Positions 50,860 to 58,371 of a stretch of 64,000 bases of DNA are shown here, in pieces. The first letter of the stretch is position 1. The number at the start of each line of letters is the position of its first letter. The stretch is from a virus (lineage: Duplodnaviria > Caudoviricetes), in the IMG/VR virus record IMGVR_UViG_2541047295_000015, positions 54,867-118,866 of that record; one strand, 5' to 3'. Position numbers and translations under genes: made by a program. Under the pieces are notes generated by a model, which did not search any database, was not told the origin of the DNA, and saw nothing but the letters and a program-made list of their open reading frames with translations.

Positions 50860-51057
50860 TTACATTTCTATTTCTAACAACTCAGATGGTTCTATATCTA
50901 ATACAAAGCAAATCTTTTCAAACTCACTAATTGTAAACTCTCTATGTCCATTTTCTTTTTTTGAATATGTTTTAAAAGTTATTCCTATAGCAGTACTTAA
51001 TTGTTGTTGTGTAAACTTCTTTTCTACTCTTAACTCTTTAAGTCTAGCTAAATTCAT
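50860..51057 (-). CDS. Small XRE HTH protein
   Basis: RBS GGAGG before MNLARLKELR. 'TYSKKENGHREF'. Confidence 0.85.
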   Translation of the reverse strand: MNLARLKELRVEKKFTQQQLSTAIGITFKTYSKKENGHREFTISEFEKICFVLDIEPSELLEIEM

Positions 51058-51154
51058 GTCATACCTCCTAGTAATATTATTATAGAATAATAATATCACA
51101 TTAAAGAGTTATAGAAAAGACACTCAATAATTCAAGTGTCTTTTTATGTACTAC

Positions 51155-51550
51155 TTATTTAATTGATTTAAGTTTTTCTATATCAGACCAATTTTTAGAT
51201 GTTATAATTTGTGTTGCATTTAAATCTTGTTTAATCTCTGATATATCACCTTGAATATGTAATATATCAAAAGACATTTTGTCATGTTCTGCTTTGCTTA
51301 CATCTGCTTTATGTTCTAGTGCTTTAAGAATTTGAGTATTCTCGTTTAATTGAGATTCTACTATATCAAGTCTGTTGTTAGTTTCAACTTGTCCAGTTTT
51401 TAAGTCTTTAATATCATGTTCCATGCCATCAAGTCTAGTATTAATTCCTTTGATTTCACCTTGTATCCCTTTGATGCTACCTTGCATTTCTTTGATACTG
51501 CCTTGCATTTCTTGTAATAATTCTAGTATCTTATTTTCCATCACGACCAC
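51155..51550 (-). CDS. Coiled-coil protein with 21-bp internal repeats
   Basis: (EMQGSIK)n heptads. C-terminal 'NWSDIEKLK'. Confidence 0.7.
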   Translation of the reverse strand: MVVMENKILELLQEMQGSIKEMQGSIKGIQGEIKGINTRLDGMEHDIKDLKTGQVETNNRLDIVESQLNENTQILKALEHKADVSKAEHDKMSFDILHIQGDISEIKQDLNATQIITSKNWSDIEKLKSIK

Positions 51551-51752
51551 GCTCCTTTTATTATTATAACATAATTCTAAGTACTATATTCAAGTACTTA
51601 ATAAAACAATCCGTAAATTATTTTACTAAATACTTGATGTGTTTTTGATAATGCAGTACTTAACAACTGCTATGTCATATTAAGTTTTTAATGCGCATTT
51701 TATGGTCGATTTTACGACTTTTATTTTTAAACTTTCTCCTTTCTATGTTTTA

Positions 51753-51781
51753 ATTATATAATAACGGTCGCTATTTGTCAA
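51753..51781 (-). promoter_or_regulatory. Consensus sigmaA promoter with GTCG-N6-CGAC operator-like sites
   Basis: TTGACA(51781-76)-17-TATAAT(51758-53). GTCGATTTTACGAC at 51705-18 and CGATTTTACGAC at 51782-93. Confidence 0.7.
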
Positions 51782-51809
51782 CGATTTTACGACCGGCATT
51801 ATATAAAAA

Positions 51810-52013
51810 TTATTCTTTTTCTTTTATGTCTAGTAATTCCAAAGGATTAATATTTAAAAAATTAATAATATTTTCTAATTCCTCAACTTTAAATTTTCTT
51901 TTACCAGATTCTTTGTCTTTGTATGTTGTGGTTGCTAAACCGATATAAGTAGCAAATTGTTGCATACTATAACCATGTTCTTCTCTTAATTCTTTTAATT
52001 TATCAAGTTTCAT
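51810..52013 (-). CDS. Small XRE HTH protein
   Basis: 'KLKELRE...YKDKESGKRKF'. Confidence 0.85.
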   Translation of the reverse strand: MKLDKLKELREEHGYSMQQFATYIGLATTTYKDKESGKRKFKVEELENIINFLNINPLELLDIKEKE

Positions 52014-52254
52014 TTTATCACTCCTTTTTACTACATATATTATATAATATTTTAAGAATAGTATTTTGTCAAATTTGACAATATTGTAAGAATAAACAAA
52101 TTACTATAAATTAGAATTATATATTTTAGCTTATTTTTCATATTCGATTCTAAAAACTAAATGTATGAACAAGGCGAGTGTATTGGAACGTGCTTAGAAT
52201 GGATTTAAATGGCTTGTACAATATATTGTTGTAATAAAATAGACTAGTTATAAA

Positions 52255-52461
52255 CTAGTCCATTTTTCTATGTGGTTCTAATAATTCATTTGCATTTATA
52301 TCTAAATAATATAGTATTTGTTCTAGTTCCTCTACTGAAAAATCTCTATGACCATTTTCCTTATAAGCATATGCTCTTATGCTCATACCCATTTTAGTAC
52401 TTAATGTTTGTTGAGTATAACCTTTTTGTTCTCTTAACTCTTTTAACTTATTAAGTTTCAT
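52255..52461 (-). CDS. Small XRE HTH protein (cassette 1 regulator)
   Basis: 'KLKELREQKGYTQQ...YKENGHRDF'. Confidence 0.85.
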   Translation of the reverse strand: MKLNKLKELREQKGYTQQTLSTKMGMSIRAYAYKENGHRDFSVEELEQILYYLDINANELLEPHRKMD

Positions 52462-52508
52462 TATATCACCTCTTGTACTTTTAATATTGGGTGTGTTACA
52501 ATATACCT

Positions 52509-52686
52509 ATAATATACTACTTATAAGTATATTGTATCTTGTTATTAGTTATTAATCATGTTCATTAATATGTATAACAAGCCTATAAATGAGATTAAAG
52601 CAAAAACTATTTGTTCAGCCGATTTAATCATCTGAACTACGAGCTTTTCAAGTTGTGCGACCAACTCGATTAGCTCTTTTATTTTG
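52509..52686 (+). ncRNA. Putative cis-antisense RNA, cassette 1
   Basis: TGnTACAAT at 52494-52502. GAGCT...AGCTC+TTTTATTTT terminator-like stem at 52641-52686. Confidence 0.55.
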
Positions 52687-52700
52687 TCTTTGGTTATCAT
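52545..52700 (-). CDS. Small membrane peptide, cassette 1 (51 aa, type I toxin-like)
   Basis: RBS GGGGGTG. MITKDKIKELIELVAQLEKLVVQMIKSAEQIVFALISFIGLLYILMNMINN. Promoter TTGCAT(52786-81)-17-TATAAT(52763-58). Confidence 0.75.
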   Translation of the reverse strand: MITKDKIKELIELVAQLEKLVVQMIKSAEQIVFALISFIGLLYILMNMINN

Positions 52701-52801
52701 TTAAGACACCCCCAATATTAAATTGTATAAGGTAGTGTTAAGTACTACCTTAATTATATTATACTATTATGAGTAAAAATATGCAAGTAAAAAGTTGCTT
52801 A

Positions 52802-53116
52802 TTATTCAAAACCTTTAAGTTCAAGAAGTTCCTTCCAATTATTTATAATTATACTTTCTAAAATAGATAACTTATTATTGAATTTATTTGTATTACTTTC
52901 CATTTTTAATATAGCCGTTTCAACTGATTTCATACTAATACTATCATCTGAATTACTAGTACTTTGAACAAGCTTCAATAAGTCAATTTGATTTACTATT
53001 TTATCTTGATTACTTTTTAATTCAATAATATCCGTACTTATTTTATTTTGTGAAGTTTTAATTTCTTTAATATCAGTTTTTAATTCTTCTAATAAATTGA
53101 TTATACCAGTATCCAT
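52802..53116 (-). CDS. Coiled-coil protein (paralog of 51155..51550)
   Basis: Heptads. C-terminal 'NNWKELLELK'. Confidence 0.65.
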   Translation of the reverse strand: MDTGIINLLEELKTDIKEIKTSQNKISTDIIELKSNQDKIVNQIDLLKLVQSTSNSDDSISMKSVETAILKMESNTNKFNNKLSILESIIINNWKELLELKGFE

Positions 53117-53244
53117 AGTTAACCCTCTTTTCTGTATATTTTAGTTATGTTTTAATATTATAACATGGATTCCTGTGGGTAACTTATACAAAAAAAGAAC
53201 TACTATATGTCAAGTAGTTCTTTAAAATTTATTAAAAATCTATT

Positions 53245-53433
53245 CTAATCAAGTAATTCTAAAGGGTTTATCTCTAAATATTTATATATCTTTTCAAATT
53301 CTTCAATCGTAAATGATGTTTTCCCATTTTCTTTATTCTGATAAGTTCTTTCTTTTATTCCTAACATTTGGCTCATATCATATTGTGTAATTTTCTTAGA
53401 TGTTCTTAAATCTTTTAACTTATTAATTTTCAT
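53245..53433 (-). CDS. Small XRE HTH protein (cassette 2 regulator)
   Basis: 'KLKDLR...TYQNKENGKTSF'. Confidence 0.85.
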   Translation of the reverse strand: MKINKLKDLRTSKKITQYDMSQMLGIKERTYQNKENGKTSFTIEEFEKIYKYLEINPLELLD

Positions 53434-53451
53434 ATTATCACCTCATTAATT

Positions 53452-53553
53452 TTAAAAATAAACAATATAGATTGCTTTTAATGCAAAATATAAGAAGAAT
53501 AATAAGCCTAATACTTTTACTATTTGTACTGTAGTTTTAATGTGTTGATTCAT
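53452..53553 (-). CDS. Hydrophobic peptide, cassette 2 (33 aa)
   Basis: RBS GAGGTG. MNQHIKTTVQIVKVLGLLFFLYFALKAIYIVYF. Confidence 0.6.
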   Translation of the reverse strand: MNQHIKTTVQIVKVLGLLFFLYFALKAIYIVYF

Positions 53554-53600
53554 TAAATCACCTCATTTACTTTTAATATTAGGTGTGTTACAATATATCC

Positions 53601-53785
53601 ATAATAATATTACTATGGATATATTGTAAGATTACTTTACTAAGTTTATTTTAGTATGTAGTTTAGTATAGTAATCCAGCCAAACAAAGAAACTAAGGCA
53701 ATAAATATTGTTTCAAGTGATTTAATCACTTGTACTATGAGCTTTTCAAGTTGGTGACACAACTCGATAAGCTCTTTTATTTTGT
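53601..53785 (+). ncRNA. Putative cis-antisense RNA, cassette 2
   Basis: TTTACT(53566)-17-TACAAT(53589) with TG. GAGCTT...AAGCTC+TTTTATTTT at 53739-53785. Confidence 0.55.
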
Positions 53786-53801
53786 CTTTGGTTAATTTCA
53801 T
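53646..53801 (-). CDS. Small membrane peptide, cassette 2 (51 aa, type I toxin-like)
   Basis: RBS GGGAGGTG. MKLTKDKIKELIELCHQLEKLIVQVIKSLETIFIALVSLFGWITILNYILK. Promoter TTGACT(53888-83)-17-TATAAT(53865-60). Confidence 0.78.
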   Translation of the reverse strand: MKLTKDKIKELIELCHQLEKLIVQVIKSLETIFIALVSLFGWITILNYILK

Positions 53802-53950
53802 TAGGCACACCTCCCTAATATTAAATTGTATAGATAAGATTAATTCTTATCTTAAGTCTATTATAATACACGAAATAAAATTAGTCAATATAAAAATACG
53901 AATTAAGTATAAAAATAGACTAGATTTATTTCAATCTAGTCTATCAATAA

Positions 53951-54151
53951 TTAAAGTTCATTGTCTGTGAACTCATCATATTTTTTAATTGTTATAGTTT
54001 GATTATGTTCATCATATTCAACTACAACAGTCTTGTCGTCTTGAGTTAATCCCATATCACGAACCCACGTAATAGGTAGACTTATCCTTGTATATGTTGA
54101 ACCTGCCCCACCTTTTGCAAATGATATGTTTAATTTTCTTTTATTATCCAT
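53951..54151 (-). CDS. AbrB/MazE/SpoVT-fold DNA-binding protein (cassette 3 regulator)
   Basis: 'GS..TRISLPITWVRDMGLTQDDKTVVV.....ITIKK'. Confidence 0.8.
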   Translation of the reverse strand: MDNKRKLNISFAKGGAGSTYTRISLPITWVRDMGLTQDDKTVVVEYDEHNQTITIKKYDEFTDNEL

Positions 54152-54167
54152 TTTAAAAACTCCTTTA

Positions 54168-54272
54168 TTATTTATTTATTTTAATGAATATATATATAAT
54201 TAATATTAAAAATATAATTTTTATTAATAACTTTGTAATATTTAGAAAAAGCTTTAATATTTTATTTTTCAT
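54168..54272 (-). CDS. Hydrophobic peptide, cassette 3 (34 aa)
   Basis: MKNKILKLFLNITKLLIKIIFLILIIYIFIKINK. Same position as 53452..53553. Weak RBS. Confidence 0.45.
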   Translation of the reverse strand: MKNKILKLFLNITKLLIKIIFLILIIYIFIKINK

Positions 54273-54307
54273 TGTATAATTAGTCACAAAAATGATATAA
54301 TTTAGTT

Positions 54308-54473
54308 ACTAGAAGGTAGGTAGGAACTACCTTCTAGTAAAGTATTAAAATAGATTATTTAATATTGTTATTAATAACCCTATTTTAACAAGAAGTTTAA
54401 TAGTTAAATTAACCATTTTATTAAGCTTCTCGATTAAGTTGTTAAGTTCGTCAAGTTCCTTGACGAACTTTTC
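54308..54473 (+). ncRNA. Putative cis-antisense RNA, cassette 3
   Basis: TGnTATAAT at 54293-54301. 5' hairpin TACTAGAAGGTAG/CTACCTTCTAGTA. AAGTTCGTCAAG/CTTGACGAACTT stem with T-tract at ~54445-54473. Confidence 0.55.
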
Positions 54474-54488
54474 AAGTTTTTGTGACAT
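54345..54488 (-). CDS. Small amphipathic/membrane peptide, cassette 3 (47 aa)
   Basis: RBS GGAGGTG. MSQKLEKFVKELDELNNLIEKLNKMVNLTIKLLVKIGLLITILNNLF. Promoter TTGACT(54538-33)-17-TATAAT(54515-10). Confidence 0.72.
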   Translation of the reverse strand: MSQKLEKFVKELDELNNLIEKLNKMVNLTIKLLVKIGLLITILNNLF

Positions 54489-54777
54489 CTCATCACCTCC
54501 TATAATTATATTATACATAGCATGATGCTATAAGTCAATAGAAAAATGGAAAATAAAGTTAATTTTTTATTTCTTCTTATTATATTTATAATTTCAATCA
54601 TTGTAATATTATAAAAATTCTATTCATTAAAAAATATTGTTTATCATGGTTATTAAAAAGGCTTACCTATCCATAATTAAAAAATTTATAAAGTGACTGA
54701 AAAGGATAATTATAAAAAATAAAACATTCAATTATACAATGCAACAGTATTAGAATATGGCATAATTATATTCTTAA

Positions 54778-54873
54778 CTGACGTATTGCTGACAAAAATA
54801 TGAAAAATATCGTTAAAATCATTGAAAATACTGGGTTTTGTAAAAATAGGCATAGAATAGTTTGTTTTATGCT
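54778..54873. other. att-like recombination site 2
   Basis: CTGAC x2 11 bp apart (54778, 54789), ATTGAAA at +43, core CATAGAA-N7-TTTTATG (54851-54871). Same layout as site 1. Confidence 0.5.
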
Positions 54874-55380
54874 ATATATAATAGTGTTGCTTAAAAGTTT
54901 AGTGAAAAGTAATACTTTATTTAAAAAAATAATATTTATATGATTTTAATTAATAAAGTAAAGTAAAAATAGCATAGGGGTATTTTTAGGAAAGGCTTTG
55001 TGTTGTCAGTGAAAATTTTCGACTAGTTCTTTCATTTCCACATTTAAATATTTATATAAATTACAGACGACTTTACAGAATAAATGACTCCATAGATTTC
55101 ATGCAAAATTAAAACACATAAAATCTTTTTATTGAAACTTTTTATTCTAAAATTAAGTTTTAATATAGAAAATATAAAATAAAAATGTATGTATTGATTA
55201 TTATAAAAACTACTAGAATAAATAAAAATAATATTATAAGTAATAACTTTAGATATACAGGATAATTTACTCTACTATATCAAAGTATTGTCTGTAAGAA
55301 AATGAATTTCAAAAGAGTATTAAAAGTTTACTATTACATTGTAAATAATCATGAAAAATAGACTTAAATACTATGAAAAA

Positions 55381-55500
55381 AATAAACTATATTTAAACTA
55401 AAAACAAGTTAAATATAAACTAATAAAAGTTTATGTAAATGTAATAGTGTATATTTAAACTAAAAATGAATTAAAATAAGTTCTAATTTAAACTTAAAAA
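55381..55500 (+). repeat. parC-like centromere repeats
   Basis: ATTTAAACT(A/T)AAAA-type repeats at ~55391, 55413, 55453 and 55486, upstream of parM. Confidence 0.6.
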
Positions 55501-55606
55501 CAAAAAATGTCAATTTATAGTTGAATTTTTGTTTATAATTAATTCAAATATTAATTAATTATATGATATAATATAATTAGCAAATATTTACTTAGGAGGA
55601 ATTAAA

Positions 55607-56521
55607 ATGGAAGAAAATTACCAAGTTATAGGGTTAGATATAGGAAGAGGTTATGTAAAAGGATTTAGTAAGTATAATGGTATGGTTAAAGAATGTTTAT
55701 TTAAATCTGTATTTGGTGATGGCAGAAATATAGATTTTGAAAAATATACAGACCCTATATATATAGATTTTGAAAGTGTTAGTTACTTTGTAGGATCTCT
55801 AGCAGAAAAAGAAAGTATAACTCCTATTAGAAATTCTGATGATTCAAAAACATCTTTTACAATGAGAATATTAGTTGCAGCCGCTCTTAATGAAATAGCT
55901 GTAGCCGATGAAGTAAAAATAATGATGGGTGTTCCATATAAATCATTTAGAAAAACTACATTAAAAGAAGTAATAGATACATATAAAGGTAAAACATTTA
56001 AAGTAAAAGATAAAATAAAAGGTGGACACAAAGAAATAAAAATATCTGATATATCAATTTTTAGAGAAGGAGATGCTGCACTATTTCATACATTAGAAGG
56101 AAAAGTAAATGAAGATAAAGCTGTTGGTATGGTTTCTATAGGTTTTAGAAGTACTGAAATGTCTTTCTTTGAAAAAGGTTTTGTATTTAACGATAAACTA
56201 TCTGATACATTAGAAGCTGGAAATCAAGATGCATTAACAATGGTTCAGAAGCAACTAAAGGATAGAGGCATAATAAGAGAACTTAATGAAATAGATAGTT
56301 CTAATGATTATGATGAACTTAAAAAGGTTGCTTATATAATGGCTTCTGAAAGCACTGCTCAAAGAATTGCCTCTAAATGGAAGAACATTGATGAAATGGA
56401 TGTATATGTATCTGGTGGTACTGCATTGCATATGAAATTTGATAATAGATTTAAAGTATCTGAAGATGCTCAAATGGCAACTTCTAAAGGCTTATTTGAA
56501 GTGGGTATCGAACAATTCTAG
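55607..56521 (+). CDS. ParM/StbA actin-like partition ATPase
   Basis: 'GLDIGRGYVK', 'EGDAA', 'SIGFRSTE', 'SGGTA' actin-fold motifs. Confidence 0.9.
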   Translation: MEENYQVIGLDIGRGYVKGFSKYNGMVKECLFKSVFGDGRNIDFEKYTDPIYIDFESVSYFVGSLAEKESITPIRNSDDSKTSFTMRILVAAALNEIAVADEVKIMMGVPYKSFRKTTLKEVIDTYKGKTFKVKDKIKGGHKEIKISDISIFREGDAALFHTLEGKVNEDKAVGMVSIGFRSTEMSFFEKGFVFNDKLSDTLEAGNQDALTMVQKQLKDRGIIRELNEIDSSNDYDELKKVAYIMASESTAQRIASKWKNIDEMDVYVSGGTALHMKFDNRFKVSEDAQMATSKGLFEVGIEQF

Positions 56522-56534
56522 GAGTGATATAAAT

Positions 56535-56804
56535 ATGAAGAAATCATCTAGCTTTTATTTGGAAGAAGATATATTTGATGAAATAGAAAGATATCAGAAT
56601 GATAGAAAAATAAGTAGTAGAAACACAGCTTTAGAAAGAATTATATTAGAATGGAAAAATTTATTAGAAGAAAATAAATTATTAAAACAATGTTTAGGCA
56701 ATAGTACATTTAAAGATAATAAAGAAATTTCAATTACAGAAGAGAAAATTATAAAAAAAGAAAATCCAATTATTAAAAATATATTTAATAATATGCCAGA
56801 TTAA
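56535..56804 (+). CDS. ParR-like RHH adaptor
   Basis: RBS GGAG before MKKSSSFYLEEDIFDEIE...SRNTALERII. Follows parM. Confidence 0.75.
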   Translation: MKKSSSFYLEEDIFDEIERYQNDRKISSRNTALERIILEWKNLLEENKLLKQCLGNSTFKDNKEISITEEKIIKKENPIIKNIFNNMPD

Positions 56805-56993
56805 TGACAAATATCTGCTCTTTAATTTAAGGAGTAGATATTTAACAAGACACTTGAGAACGGAGAGTTTATATGTTATAATGAAAATATACTATAAACA
56901 AAGATATTATTATTCATAAAGCTTTAATTTATAATAATTTTAACATAGTTTTATATAAACATTGTATTAGATTAATAAATAAAGAGGAAGGGT

Positions 56994-57935
56994 GTGATAC
57001 TTATAAATAAAGGTAATGAATTTGTAAAAAGTGTAATTGTAACAGACAATAGAACTGGAGAAATAGTGGAACATCGAGGAATGAAAAGAGGCGAAATAGT
57101 CGAGATTAACAAAAGAAAAGTATGTTTTACACCAGAACAAAAAGCTATTATGAATAATAAAAAAGAATTACCATCTCACAATTTTAAGCTAGGGGGCTTT
57201 GTATTCTGTGCTTATGTGAAAAATGAATTGTTATTTAATGAAATAAGTATAAGTAGAGCAAATATCAGTAGATTAATATATCTTACAACATATTTAAATT
57301 ACAATACAGGAGAAGAAAACTTATTAGTGAAATATTCTAAATATAAAGAAATAGTCCCTATAGATAGAAAGAATATGAGAGAAATATTAAATCTTAAAGA
57401 CAGAGCATTTAGAGAGTTTCTAACAGATGTAAAGAAAAACAATTTATTATATGAAAGTAATGGAAAATTTTATATAAGTACAGAGTATTTTACAAAAGGC
57501 ATTTCTAAATTTAAAGATAAAGACTATACAAGAATATATATAAACACAAGTAGGTTCCTCTATGAACACAGCACTCCAAGACAACATAAACAATTAAGCT
57601 ATATATATCAACTCATACCATATATACATTTCGAAAGTAATATATTATGTTTAAATCCAAATGAATTAGATATATCAAAATTAGAAAAAATGAGTTTACA
57701 CACAATTTGTGAATTATTAAATGTTAGTACAATAAAACAAGACATGAATAGATTTAAAAAAGAATTGCTAAAATTTTATATAAAGTTAGATGAAAATAGG
57801 TTTTATGTTTTTAAATATGTAATAGTAGAAGGAACTTATAAAAGTGTGGATTACTTTATTATAAATCCTTATGTTGTTTGGAGAGGTAATAATTTAAACA
57901 TTGCTAAAAGAGCAATTAATTTATGCTTTTTCTAA
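56994..57935 (+). CDS. Hypothetical replication/DNA-binding protein
   Basis: 313 aa with two wHTH-like repeats ending 'FYISTEYF' and 'FIINPYV'. Confidence 0.5.
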   Translation: MILINKGNEFVKSVIVTDNRTGEIVEHRGMKRGEIVEINKRKVCFTPEQKAIMNNKKELPSHNFKLGGFVFCAYVKNELLFNEISISRANISRLIYLTTYLNYNTGEENLLVKYSKYKEIVPIDRKNMREILNLKDRAFREFLTDVKKNNLLYESNGKFYISTEYFTKGISKFKDKDYTRIYINTSRFLYEHSTPRQHKQLSYIYQLIPYIHFESNILCLNPNELDISKLEKMSLHTICELLNVSTIKQDMNRFKKELLKFYIKLDENRFYVFKYVIVEGTYKSVDYFIINPYVVWRGNNLNIAKRAINLCFF

Positions 57936-58114
57936 ATAAGTTTCTAAGATATAAGAGGTAATAAACCTTAAAAAATTGAAAAAGTTCAGTAAAAACAGCT
58001 GAAAAATAAAATTTATAGGTGGCATAGAAATGTGACTAAAATACAAAAAACTGGCATAAAAATGTTACTTATAGATAATAACATTTAATATTGTTAGCAA
58101 GATAAAGGTGAAAT

Positions 58115-58363
58115 ATGGAAAAAGAAGAATTAAAGGTAATATACTTAGAAGATTTATGTGAGATAGAAAAAACAAGTATACATAGAAATACATATCAGAT
58201 TTTTGATGAAGAATATGAAGGTGAAATAGATAGATACTATGAATTAAGCCAAAAATCTTCATATGAAATAATTAATAGAAAACACAAAGAAGATTTCAAA
58301 GATGAGTTATGGGATTATGATGATACAAATTATAATGACAGATTACAAGGAAGGGAGATATAA
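58115..58363 (+). CDS. Acidic hypothetical protein
   Basis: RBS AAGGTG. Confidence 0.5.
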   Translation: MEKEELKVIYLEDLCEIEKTSIHRNTYQIFDEEYEGEIDRYYELSQKSSYEIINRKHKEDFKDELWDYDDTNYNDRLQGREI

Positions 58364-58371
58364 TCTTTTTA

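Noticed and set aside
36000-55000. Arbitrium/RRNPP peptide communication system
   Set aside because: No TPR-containing receptor or adjacent signal-peptide propeptide could be recognised.
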